Both the position numbers and the translations under genes were made by a program. Positions 1-8,540 of a stretch of DNA of 64,000 bases are shown here, piece after piece. The stretch is from Bacillota bacterium. Its GTDB lineage: Bacteria; Bacillota; Dehalobacteriia; Dehalobacteriales; Dehalobacteriaceae. The notes under the pieces were generated by a model, which did not search any database, was not told where the DNA came from, and worked only from the letters and a program-made list of their open reading frames with translations. The first letter of the stretch is position 1; every line of letters begins with the position of its first letter. The stretch covers positions 26,613 through 90,612 of the forward strand of contig JBMNKZ010000014.1 in assembly GCA_050952465.1 (NCBI GenBank), written 5' to 3'.

Positions 1-595
1 CAGGACGAACTGTATATTCATGGTCTCCGGCAAATATGATTTTGTTGGGGTTCTGATTAACATACTCGCCTAACTGGCTGATCGTTTCGATACCCAGTGC
101 TTCACTGTCTTCTTTAGTCATCATAATGGTATAAGTATTATCCAACGGAGCATAGTCCAACCAAACTATGTTATTGGCGGCATCCTCTTCTTTAACCTTT
201 GCGTAAGCTTCTTCAGGATCGGTTATGGCATTATCATGCTGTAAATGAACCAGCCAGCCGGTACCGGTGTATTCCCAATAAATATCAATTTCGCCATTCA
301 CTAAAGCCGATCTAACCTTATCGGAACCTGCTACATTAGTTTTGTCTTCCACTGTAAAACCAGCGTCTTGTAAAGCTAAAATTGTAATCTGCCCTAAAAT
401 TAATTGTTCGGTAAAGTCTTTGGATCCAACTTTAATCACAACATCACTTTTATCCCCGTCTTCTGTCCCCTCACCTTCCGGAGCATTGCTTTCTTCAGTT
501 GTACTGCCGCCACATCCTGTGATCAAAGATACCGACAACATCAATACCAAAAATAACAATAGACCCTTCATAAGACTAGACTTGCTGAACTTCAT
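1..595 (-). CDS. Glycine betaine/choline-type ABC transporter substrate-binding lipoprotein (3' end runs off the window)
   Basis: Missing from the ORF track because the window edge truncates it. Reverse translation from ATG at 595 (RBS GGAGGAA, 601-607) gives MKFSKSSLMKGLLLFLVLMLSVSLITGCGG, a signal peptide plus lipobox. An in-frame NGEIDIYWEYTGT motif is typical of OpuAC-type binding proteins. It is the last gene of the transporter operon. Confidence 0.8.
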   Translation of the reverse strand, partial: MKFSKSSLMKGLLLFLVLMLSVSLITGCGGSTTEESNAPEGEGTEDGDKSDVVIKVGSKDFTEQLILGQITILALQDAGFTVEDKTNVAGSDKVRSALVNGEIDIYWEYTGTGWLVHLQHDNAITDPEEAYAKVKEEDAANNIVWLDYAPLDNTYTIMMTKEDSEALGIETISQLGEYVNQNPNKIIFAGDHEYTVRP

Positions 596-644
596 ACCGG
601 TTCCTCCTTGTTTTTTATTATTTTAAATTCTGCTTAAACAGTCC

Positions 645-1385
645 TTAAATCTGACTATTATAAGCATAATTTTCAACTAAACCTAAAACATGATCCGCCA
701 GTATCGCCATCAGGCAAGGCCATCCTGCCCCCAAAATCACGATCTGCCACCTGCTGATATTGTTTCCTGCAATGATTAAGTCTCCTAGACCTCCTGCGCC
801 AACAAATGCGGCTAAAATTGCCGTACCGATATTGATGGTAATAGCGGTGCGAATTCCTGCCATAATCACCGGAAAAGCCAAGGGCAATTCAATTTTTGTT
901 AAAATGCGTTTTGGCGTTATGCCCATCCCCCGGGCAGCTTCTATGATAGATTTATCTACACCTAGAATTCCCGCCAGGGTGTTATTGAGTATCGGCAAAA
1001 GGGAGTAAAGCCACAGGGCAAAGATAGCCGTTTTGGACCCAATACCGAGGATCCCCACAAACAAAGCAATCACCGCTAAACTGGGTATGGTTTGCCCCAC
1101 ATTCACCACATTCACCAAAGCCGGGGCATATTTCTTAAACTTTGCCCTGGTCAAAATAATTCCCAGTGGTACGGAAGTAGCAATAGCTAATCCGCCGGAA
1201 ATCAAAATGATATAAATATGCTGCCACAATTTATGGAGAACAATTTGATAGGAAAGAAATCGCCTCACAATGTTATCTTGAGGGTACTCCACCGCATAGT
1301 ATGTATACCCGATTCCCGCTGCTATTAAGATTAAGGGAAGAATGATTGCACTCCAACCGGTCTTGCGCTTCTGCATCGGTGTCAT
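645..1385 (-). CDS. ABC transporter permease (Opu/BPD-type, quaternary amine uptake)
   Basis: 246-aa polytopic membrane protein with a permease EAA-like region (IEAARGMGITPKRILTKIELPLA). It overlaps the upstream ATPase stop by 4 nt. Confidence 0.85.
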   Translation of the reverse strand: MTPMQKRKTGWSAIILPLILIAAGIGYTYYAVEYPQDNIVRRFLSYQIVLHKLWQHIYIILISGGLAIATSVPLGIILTRAKFKKYAPALVNVVNVGQTIPSLAVIALFVGILGIGSKTAIFALWLYSLLPILNNTLAGILGVDKSIIEAARGMGITPKRILTKIELPLAFPVIMAGIRTAITINIGTAILAAFVGAGGLGDLIIAGNNISRWQIVILGAGWPCLMAILADHVLGLVENYAYNSQI

Positions 1386-2479
1386 TGATCACTCACCACC
1401 TCCAGCAAATCATCGATGCCTACAATTCCTTTTACCTTATTTGTCTGGTCAGCCACAAAAACAAACCTCTGGCCCACCGTAAACATCTCAGATAAGGTAT
1501 CTTTTAATCTTGTTTTTTCATCAACAACGGTTTTAGCCTGTCTAATCACACTTTCAATTTTTCCTTCTTCGCCAACTAAATCATCAAGAGAAATATAACC
1601 CACAAGTGTTCCATTATTATCTACTACTGCAGCAGTTTCCGTTTTGTGAGATTCTATCGCTTTTCTCGCTTCCGCGAATCCCATATCACAGTTCACAACG
1701 GCTACACTTTTCATAACTTCTTGACACTGGATGAGATTAAGCCGCTTTAGCGTCCGGTCTCCCCCCACCAGGTTCTGCACAAATTCATTTGCCGGGTACT
1801 GGAGAATCTCATCAGGTGTGCCGAATTGCACCAGGTTTCCTTCCTGCATTACGGCTATTTTGTCCCCCATCTTAATTGCTTCATCAATGTCATGAGTAAC
1901 AAAGACAATGGTTTTTTTGATTTGTTCCTGAACCCGCAAAAACTCATCCTGGAGCTTAGTACGAGTAATGGGATCAAGAGCTCCAAAAGGCTCATCCATT
2001 AACATAATAGGCGGGTCTGCCGCTAAGGCCCTCGCCACGCCTACCCGCTGTTTTTGACCGCCGCTTAAAGCAGAGGGGCGTTTTTTACTATAAATGTCCG
2101 GGTCTAAATCCATCAGGCGGAGAAGATAATCCACTCTTTTTTTGATCCTATTCTTGTCCCAGCCGATTTCCAGGGGTACTGTAGCAATATTTTGCTCAAT
2201 AGTTAAATGGGGAAAAAGCCCTATATCCTGAATCACATACCCAATTCCCAACCGCAGTTTTATTGGGTCAATTTGGCTTGTGTCCTGACCATTTACATAA
2301 ATTTTACCTTTGGTAGGTTCGATTAACCGGTTGATCATTTTCATGGTCGTGGTTTTGCCGCAGCCGGATGGGCCTACAAAAATGCAGATCTCTCCTTTTG
2401 GAATATGTATAGATAGCTCTTTTACAGCGAAACTAACGGAATTAGGGAACTGCTTCGACACTTGCTCCAATCTAATCAA
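1382..2479 (-). CDS. ABC transporter ATP-binding protein with C-terminal CBS pair (OpuCA/OpuBA-like)
   Basis: Walker A GPSGCGKTT, signature LSGGQKQR and Walker B IMLMDEPFGALD, plus a CBS-like C-terminal tail. TTG start with RBS GGAGGTGGAG. Confidence 0.9.
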   Translation of the reverse strand: MIRLEQVSKQFPNSVSFAVKELSIHIPKGEICIFVGPSGCGKTTTMKMINRLIEPTKGKIYVNGQDTSQIDPIKLRLGIGYVIQDIGLFPHLTIEQNIATVPLEIGWDKNRIKKRVDYLLRLMDLDPDIYSKKRPSALSGGQKQRVGVARALAADPPIMLMDEPFGALDPITRTKLQDEFLRVQEQIKKTIVFVTHDIDEAIKMGDKIAVMQEGNLVQFGTPDEILQYPANEFVQNLVGGDRTLKRLNLIQCQEVMKSVAVVNCDMGFAEARKAIESHKTETAAVVDNNGTLVGYISLDDLVGEEGKIESVIRQAKTVVDEKTRLKDTLSEMFTVGQRFVFVADQTNKVKGIVGIDDLLEVVSDQ

Positions 2480-2498
2480 ATTTCTCCACCTCCGGTTT

Positions 2499-3131
2499 TT
2501 ACTTTATCTCAAATCGATGTTGTACAATACTCAAGAGTTTATCTGCAATTAATGTTAAAACAGAAACCATGATAGCACCAATGATCACCATCTTATCATT
2601 AGCACGGTTAATACCCTTAAAAATCAGATCGCCTAAACCTCCTGCTCCAATATAAGCAGCAATGGCTCCAATGCCTATGCCCATGACAACTGCTGTACGT
2701 ACTCCCGCCATGATCACAGGGAATGCCAAGGGAATTTTTATTTTAAACATAATTTTAAAAGGAGAAATACCCATTCCTTTTGCTGCCTCTATGATTGCCG
2801 GGTCAATATTTATAATCCCGGTATATACATTTCGAATGACCGGAAGAAGGGTATAAAGAACCAGTCCGACAATTGCCGGAGCCCTCCCGATACCGAGAAT
2901 AGGAATTAATAAGGAAAACAAGGCGAGGCTGGGTATAGTCATTAAAAAACTGGTAATATTCAAAACGATACGTGCCATACCCCGGTGAAAGGTAATTAAA
3001 ACTCCGATAGTTGCCCCGATCGCAATTGAAATAGCCATGGCAGTGATTACAATGGTTGCATGCTCCATGGTTTGAAACATAATATCATCGAAACGGTCAA
3101 TAAAGAATTCCCAGATGTTAATTTGCCGCAC
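2499..3131 (-). CDS. ABC transporter permease (second Opu-type permease)
   Basis: 210-aa membrane protein, paralogous to 645..1385 (IEAAKGMGISPFKIMFKIKIPLAFPVIMAG). The GTG start at 3131 sits inside the Shine-Dalgarno sequence, so the exact start is uncertain. Confidence 0.8.
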   Translation of the reverse strand: MRQINIWEFFIDRFDDIMFQTMEHATIVITAMAISIAIGATIGVLITFHRGMARIVLNITSFLMTIPSLALFSLLIPILGIGRAPAIVGLVLYTLLPVIRNVYTGIINIDPAIIEAAKGMGISPFKIMFKIKIPLAFPVIMAGVRTAVVMGIGIGAIAAYIGAGGLGDLIFKGINRANDKMVIIGAIMVSVLTLIADKLLSIVQHRFEIK

Positions 3132-3196
3132 CTCCCAGACTTTATTTTTGTCGTAATAGAATGATTAAGGTTGTCTTAGGGCAATAAATAGTTTAT

Positions 3197-3212
3197 TGCA
3201 AATTATATACCA
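3197..3212 (-). promoter_or_regulatory. Sigma-54 (-24/-12) promoter for the Opu-type transporter operon
   Basis: Minus strand reads TGGTAT-ATAAT-TTGCA, against the consensus TGGCAC-N5-TTGCA with correct GG/GC spacing. It lies about 65 nt upstream of the first permease and directly downstream of a sigma-54 activator gene. Confidence 0.6.
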
Positions 3213-3388
3213 ATTATCAAGAGAACTTGGCAGGTGCCAAGCCTCTAGTGCCGACAGTAGCCTTAGTTGCCCTTAGAACTTTCTAAAAAAAGCAACTTTC
3301 TGACAAACTAAAGAACCTAAATTCCCCAGTGATCACTGCCTGATTCGGTATTTTACCTTAAATTATCTACTCATATCCCCCACATTAA

Positions 3389-3479
3389 TGCAATAAAATA
3401 TTGCTCTTATTTTAATTTTATGCAAAACTCTAAGCTTTGTCCAGTTGCAATATATAGTTGCATGCAATGATTTATTGCA
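3389..3479. promoter_or_regulatory. Three TGCAAT-N5-ATTGCA palindromes (candidate enhancer/UAS sites)
   Basis: tgcaataaaatattgc (3389-3404), tgcaatatatagttgca (3446-3462) and tgcaatgatttattgca (3463-3479). They lie 180-270 nt upstream of the -24/-12 element. A related palindrome, gcaataaatagtttattgc, sits at 3181-3199. Confidence 0.35.
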
Positions 3480-4911
3480 TGTATTGGGTAATATTATATC
3501 GTTTAATTCTATATTGTAATGCTTGCCGAAAGATGCCCAGGTCTTGAGCTGTTTGAGTAATATTACCTTTATTTTTATGAAGTGCATCCTCGATTATTTT
3601 CTTTTCAATTTCCTTAAGTATTTCATTTAACTTGCCGTTAGGCTTAATCAAGGCCTGATATTTATGGACCTGTCCCAGAAACCGGTTACGCAAGTAAGGG
3701 GGGAAATGATCTAAATCCAGTACTTTTTCCGCTGGGTCAACCATATTCATCCCACTTTCAATAAAATGCTCCAATTCTCTGACGTTCCCCGGCCAGGAAT
3801 ATTTCATAAACAATTTAAATAATCTGTCCGAAATATTTTCAATGGAAGTTCCAAACTCTTTGTTATACTTTTTTATAAAATAGCGTAATAGAATTGATAT
3901 GTCGTCCATTCGTTCCCTTAGGGGCGGAATATGTAAGGTCACCGCCGCTAAACGATAATACAGATCCTGCCTGATCTGCTTGTCTCTGACTGCCTCGATA
4001 GGATCTTTATTAGTTGAACTGATAATTCTACAGTTCACGGTTTGTTGGGTATTGCTGCCAATCCTCCGTACAGATTTTTCTTGAATCACTCTTAACAGCT
4101 TTGCCTGTAAATGCAGCCCCATAGAATTAATTTCATCTAAAAATAATGTCCCGTTTTCCGCTTGTTCAAACAATCCCGGAGCCTCAACCGCCCCGGTGAA
4201 AGCTCCTTTAACCGTGCCAAAAAGCAGGCTTTCCAGCAAAGTCTCCGGAATAGCAGCACAATTAATTGCGATGTAAGGGCCGTTAGCGAATGCCCCGTAA
4301 TTATGTATACTCTGGGCGAATAATTCCTTACCCGTCCCGGTTTCCCCGCAAATCAGCACGGAAGAATTATTTCGCGCTATCTTTTTCGCCGTTTCTATAA
4401 CCTGAATGATATATTCATTGGAGCCAATAATATCATCAAAGGTAAACTTTGTTCCATTGTTCTTATTGCTTTTTTTGCTGCCGCTTAAACGTTGCTGTAA
4501 TTCGATGGTTTTATCCAGAAACTCTTTCATCTTTGTGACATCCCGATTAACGGAATAAGCACCGACAATTTCTTTCCCTTCGTAGTAAGGAAAGGTACTG
4601 GCGATAACATCTATCCTCTTGCCGTCGACGGTATTATATTGATGGTATTGTTCCAATACCGGTTTGCCCGTGCGCATTACATTAAGGTGGACGCTGTTTT
4701 CCTCTGTCACATCATATACTTCTGTAATTTTTTTGCCCACTACCTCATCCCGCTTTAATCCTTCAAACTGTTCGCTGGCCCGGTTATAGAGAATAGTTAT
4801 TCCCTCTGTGTTGGTAAGCTGTACTCCTTCGTGAATTGCATCCAGTACCGTTCTCAGCCATTTGTTTTCCCGTTTCAGTTGGTTTAGTTCGGTGTTGAAT
4901 TTATCTTCCAC
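3472..4911 (-). CDS. Sigma-54-dependent transcriptional activator (PAS-AAA+-Fis HTH)
   Basis: N-terminal PAS-like region, Walker A GETGTGKE, the GAFTGA sigma-54 contact motif, and a C-terminal HTH (NITQTAQDLGIFRQALQYRIKRY). Confidence 0.9.
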   Translation of the reverse strand: MEDKFNTELNQLKRENKWLRTVLDAIHEGVQLTNTEGITILYNRASEQFEGLKRDEVVGKKITEVYDVTEENSVHLNVMRTGKPVLEQYHQYNTVDGKRIDVIASTFPYYEGKEIVGAYSVNRDVTKMKEFLDKTIELQQRLSGSKKSNKNNGTKFTFDDIIGSNEYIIQVIETAKKIARNNSSVLICGETGTGKELFAQSIHNYGAFANGPYIAINCAAIPETLLESLLFGTVKGAFTGAVEAPGLFEQAENGTLFLDEINSMGLHLQAKLLRVIQEKSVRRIGSNTQQTVNCRIISSTNKDPIEAVRDKQIRQDLYYRLAAVTLHIPPLRERMDDISILLRYFIKKYNKEFGTSIENISDRLFKLFMKYSWPGNVRELEHFIESGMNMVDPAEKVLDLDHFPPYLRNRFLGQVHKYQALIKPNGKLNEILKEIEKKIIEDALHKNKGNITQTAQDLGIFRQALQYRIKRYNITQYMQ

Positions 4912-4953
4912 TAAGCGACACCCCGCATATGAATTAGGATTTTTAATGCTATA

Positions 4954-5754
4954 CTATACATGCCCGTAATAATCCCTGTGTACCACAACTGAATATGCAT
5001 AATCCAACAATGTCCCCCAGCTAAAAATGGGTAAATCAATTTCCCTTTGTACGGCTCTGGCAAATGGCTGCATCCCGGTACATTCCAGCATCACCGCACC
5101 AACATTAGGATGTTTAACGCACATATCTTGACACATTCTGATCATGTCCCGTTCAGCTTTGTCATAGTGACACTCTGGAATTAGGGGACGTTTGCTGTGA
5201 TCCCACAATGCGTCAAATTGAGTACAGTTATACTCGTCTTCTGCACCGATAATGAAAAAATTGCTATTTAAATCTATTCCTACGCTTTCTAAATGCCTGT
5301 CGGATAAATATTTCTTTTGGGCTGAGACAATTCCCACTGATTTTTTAGGGCCGATCACCCGTTGAATCAAAGGTACCTGTAACAAGCTAGACATAAATAC
5401 AGGTATATCTACATATCCGGCAACCTCCTTTTGAAAATATGCGAAATAACCGCATTCTGCGGCAATTGCCCGGCAGCCCATACCCTCCAATTTTTTTGCC
5501 GCACGGAGGATAGGCTCAAGACAAGGACTTTTATCTTCAGCACAAACTAAAGTATAGGTGTCTACACCTTCCGCTACTTCATACTGAATCGGGTAAGGAA
5601 ATGCACTGGCATTTCTCACATCTCCGGGAAAACCGGGATAAGCATCATCCAAAATAATAATTCCTAAACCCATCCCATAGCAGCAATGGTTTTTACGGGT
5701 TTTTATATAATTAATACCTAGATCACGATTGCCATACCACAAAGTTCTTTTCAC
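4954..5754 (-). CDS. Asp/Glu/hydantoin-racemase-superfamily-like protein (function unknown)
   Basis: The N-terminal LGIIILDDAYPGFPGDVRNASAFPYP pattern resembles uncharacterised Asp/Glu racemase-family proteins, judged from memory only. It is tightly linked to the upstream MttB-family gene (13-nt gap). Confidence 0.4.
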   Translation of the reverse strand: MKRTLWYGNRDLGINYIKTRKNHCCYGMGLGIIILDDAYPGFPGDVRNASAFPYPIQYEVAEGVDTYTLVCAEDKSPCLEPILRAAKKLEGMGCRAIAAECGYFAYFQKEVAGYVDIPVFMSSLLQVPLIQRVIGPKKSVGIVSAQKKYLSDRHLESVGIDLNSNFFIIGAEDEYNCTQFDALWDHSKRPLIPECHYDKAERDMIRMCQDMCVKHPNVGAVMLECTGMQPFARAVQREIDLPIFSWGTLLDYAYSVVVHRDYYGHV

Positions 5755-5767
5755 CCGCCCTTAATCT

Positions 5768-7201
5768 TTATTTAATCCCTGCCTCAGTTTTCCATTTATC
5801 TTCCAGTATTTCTAATTCCTTGGCGATTTCATAAGAAACAATATTTAAGGTATGATTTTCTAAAATATCTATTGTCTTCTCCCTGGCCTTTTTATTTACC
5901 GTCGGCACATGATCCGCCTTAGACCGATCAAGCATTTCCGGATACCAGCATTCTTTAAAGTGTTCAAAGGTATGCTGCTGGTTTAAATAATGTCCGCCGG
6001 GGGGTATACTTCTCATTACATCTAAAGCCAGTGTTTCAGAATTTACTTTTACACCACGCCTAAAAGGTTGCAACATGTTTATTATTTCATTTGTTATTAC
6101 CATGAGTTCAGGAGATATGACCCGGGAATGATGCATAAAACCAACGTCATGGGCAAAGTCAGCTCTTCCTAAAACCGATAGGAGACAGGACATAGTAGCC
6201 TCCATGATAGCTTGAGCATCAAGAGATTTAGCATCGGTCGTACCTGCAGTACCATAAAAGGGCAGTCCATAGAAAGAGGCAATTTCTGCTGAAGCAGCCA
6301 CTAATATTGTCAGTTCCGGAGACCCATAAGTACCAATAGTTGTTCTCATATCCATCATGGTAGGCATGGCTCCAAAAACAAAGGGGGCTCCTGGTCTCTT
6401 AAGCTGGTGTATTACAAGACTACTGAGGACTTCGGCAGTACACTGGGCTAAGGCTCCGGCAAAGGTAACCGGAGACGTTCCTCCCAAGGTACAATAAGGC
6501 AAAGATATAACGGGGATTTTTTTATCAGCACAGGTAAGTAAGTTTCCCAGAGACGAATCCGCATTAATTCTGGGGGAAATCGGGTCGTACAAATAGAAAA
6601 TAAAAGGTTTATCAGATAATTCCTGATATCCTCCTGCTGCTACAGCAGCAGCTTCAATAATATCCGAAGAAGCATGGTGATCCCCACTGATACAAAAGCA
6701 AATAGGCTTATCGGTATGCATTAATGTATTTTTAAAGCATACCCTGTCGGAAATTCTAGGATCCACATCGGCATCTTCGCCACCGGTTTGAATAAACTTT
6801 AGGTTCGGTAAATAATCAAATACTTTTATAACTTTCTTTTGATGTTCAAAACAATAGCGTTCGGTTTTACCACTATAGGGATCAAGATATTCCAGACTTT
6901 CCAGACAAGTACCGAAATACAACTGTCCTTCCCCTATTTTCATACTTGGCCGGCCTGACCTGTCAAAAATCGAGAAAGACTTTGGTGCTGATTCTATTGC
7001 ATCCGTCACAAGTTGCGGGGGAATCTTAACTAAATTGTTTTTTTCAATTACAGCTCCAGCACCCTCTAGAAGATCCCGTGCCTCCCTATTAAATACTGCG
7101 ACACCAAGCTCATCCAATATAATTAAGGCCGTCTCATGAATGTCCTTGATTTTTTGATCGGTGAGAACTTTAACTCTAATGCTATTGCTAAAGTTAAGCA
7201 T
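5768..7201 (-). CDS. MttB-superfamily (trimethylamine methyltransferase family) protein, non-pyrrolysine type
   Basis: 477 aa. The length and N-terminus (LTDQKIKDIHETALIILDELGV...ARDLLEGAGA) are typical of the MttB family. The ORF is uninterrupted, with no in-frame TAG. ATG start with RBS GGAAGG. Confidence 0.8.
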   Translation of the reverse strand: MLNFSNSIRVKVLTDQKIKDIHETALIILDELGVAVFNREARDLLEGAGAVIEKNNLVKIPPQLVTDAIESAPKSFSIFDRSGRPSMKIGEGQLYFGTCLESLEYLDPYSGKTERYCFEHQKKVIKVFDYLPNLKFIQTGGEDADVDPRISDRVCFKNTLMHTDKPICFCISGDHHASSDIIEAAAVAAGGYQELSDKPFIFYLYDPISPRINADSSLGNLLTCADKKIPVISLPYCTLGGTSPVTFAGALAQCTAEVLSSLVIHQLKRPGAPFVFGAMPTMMDMRTTIGTYGSPELTILVAASAEIASFYGLPFYGTAGTTDAKSLDAQAIMEATMSCLLSVLGRADFAHDVGFMHHSRVISPELMVITNEIINMLQPFRRGVKVNSETLALDVMRSIPPGGHYLNQQHTFEHFKECWYPEMLDRSKADHVPTVNKKAREKTIDILENHTLNIVSYEIAKELEILEDKWKTEAGIK

Positions 7202-7339
7202 GCATTAACCTTCCTCTCCCAGGAGCGAACCTTATCCCAACAATTAGAGTTACTCCTCTATGTTCGACATGATAAAGTTGAACCCTCTTTATTTTTGATT
7301 TTTTTCTTTAGAATCCCAGATCACCCACATTTACCATAT

Positions 7340-8539
7340 TTATACATCCTGGTTTTTGCTGCTTCTATATGATCCGGCTAATAGCTCTATGGGATGAAAA
7401 ACTTTTTGACCTGTTCCTCCTGTTAACTGCAAACTGCACATTCCACAGTCGGTCACGATTCCATCTGCATTCGATCCGGTAACATCCTGAAAAAGCTTCT
7501 CCCCAATAGCTGCGGAAATTTTAAACTTTTCTTTTTTAAAACCATAAGTACCGGCCTGGCCGCAACACTTTTGTTCCCCTTGAACCATTATTAGTTCCGG
7601 AATTAGTTCCAGCAATTTAACGGCCGGTGTACCCATGCCCTGGGCTTTGGTATGACAAGGCTGGTGGTAATAATAGCGTCTTTTTAGGGGTAAGAATTGT
7701 CCCACGTCCACTAATTGATAATCCAGCAAGAACTCACAAATATCATTGACTTGAGAGGCAACCTTGTTCCCATGGGAAAAACCATATAATTTATAGTCCT
7801 GCTTTAGGCTTAAAGTACAACTGGGGCAAGATGCTACAATTAAGTATCCTTGATCCACCAGTTTGCTTAAAACCTCCAGGTTGAATTCCGCATTCTTCTT
7901 AGCTTCATCGGTTAAACCATTGGATACCAGAGGTACTCCACAACATTTTTGAGGCGGAACTACTACCTCCACGCCGCATTTTTTTAAGATATTTACCACA
8001 GATTGAGCAATTGCAGGACTGTTATAACGACTGTAACAACCTGTAAAATAGGCCACCTTTAACTTTGATTTTTTTGACTGAGAAAAATCAGGTTTATATG
8101 AAAATGCTTTTTGATAGGTGGGAAAGGGACGGTTTTTAATGCCAAAAATTTTTTCTACTAAACCTCTAATAGATGAAGAACTTAAAGTCAGGTTAACTAA
8201 ACCTGGTATGCAGGAAGCCAACCGGCTTACTATCTGATTATGTCCTAAAATCCGATCCCGGAAAGGAATTCCCTTATCCCGTCTGCCTTTAACCTTGGTC
8301 TCTTCTATCAATGAGACGATTTCCACCCCATTGGGACAAGCCAATTGACATTGACGGCATCCTATACAATAGTCCGCCATTTCAACTTCCGCCCCCCTTA
8401 AATCCCTAAGTCTTGCCATCTCAGGCCCTAAAAATTTCGGTCCGGGATAAAGGGGATTTACAGCATATACCGGGCAGACAGTATTGCAGGTACTGCACTT
8501 TAAGCATAAGTCAATAGTATCTTTTTGCTGCTCTCTCAT
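7340..8539 (-). CDS. glpC: Anaerobic glycerol-3-phosphate dehydrogenase subunit C (Fe-S / CCG-domain)
   Basis: Two CxxCxxCxxxCP ferredoxin motifs (CLKCSTCNTVCP, CIGCRQCQLACP) plus cysteine-rich CCG repeats. The ATG at 8539 follows the glpB stop by 1 nt. The track ORF starts at GTG 8551. Confidence 0.8.
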   Translation of the reverse strand: MREQQKDTIDLCLKCSTCNTVCPVYAVNPLYPGPKFLGPEMARLRDLRGAEVEMADYCIGCRQCQLACPNGVEIVSLIEETKVKGRRDKGIPFRDRILGHNQIVSRLASCIPGLVNLTLSSSSIRGLVEKIFGIKNRPFPTYQKAFSYKPDFSQSKKSKLKVAYFTGCYSRYNSPAIAQSVVNILKKCGVEVVVPPQKCCGVPLVSNGLTDEAKKNAEFNLEVLSKLVDQGYLIVASCPSCTLSLKQDYKLYGFSHGNKVASQVNDICEFLLDYQLVDVGQFLPLKRRYYYHQPCHTKAQGMGTPAVKLLELIPELIMVQGEQKCCGQAGTYGFKKEKFKISAAIGEKLFQDVTGSNADGIVTDCGMCSLQLTGGTGQKVFHPIELLAGSYRSSKNQDV

Positions 8540-8540
8540 T

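Noticed and set aside
342-626. Plus-strand ORF of 94 aa at the window start
   Set aside because: It is antisense to the substrate-binding lipoprotein gene (1..595, minus strand), which has a clear signal peptide, lipobox, RBS and family motif.
760-1215. Plus-strand ORFs 760..1008 and 1033..1215, with similar ones at 1416..1598, 2310..2552 and 2662..2856
   Set aside because: They lie antisense inside well-supported ABC transporter genes. Their low-complexity Pro/Ala/Ile-rich translations are typical of the reverse frame of membrane proteins, and they have no RBS.
3227-3240. Palindrome TTGGCAGGTGCCAA containing TGGCAC on the minus strand, a possible second -24 element
   Set aside because: No TTGC-type -12 element lies at the required spacing. 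The TGGTAT-N5-TTGCA at 3197-3212 fits much better.
5768-7201. Checked the MttB-family gene for an in-frame amber (pyrrolysine) codon
   Set aside because: The ORF is continuous over the full family length, so it is a non-Pyl member with no evidence of Pyl decoding.
7224-7239. Possible sigma-54 promoter TGGGAT-AAGGT-TCGCT upstream of the MttB-family gene
   Set aside because: The GG/GC spacing is right, but both elements match poorly and the site lies only about 22 nt from the start codon. Too weak to call without a mapped transcription start.
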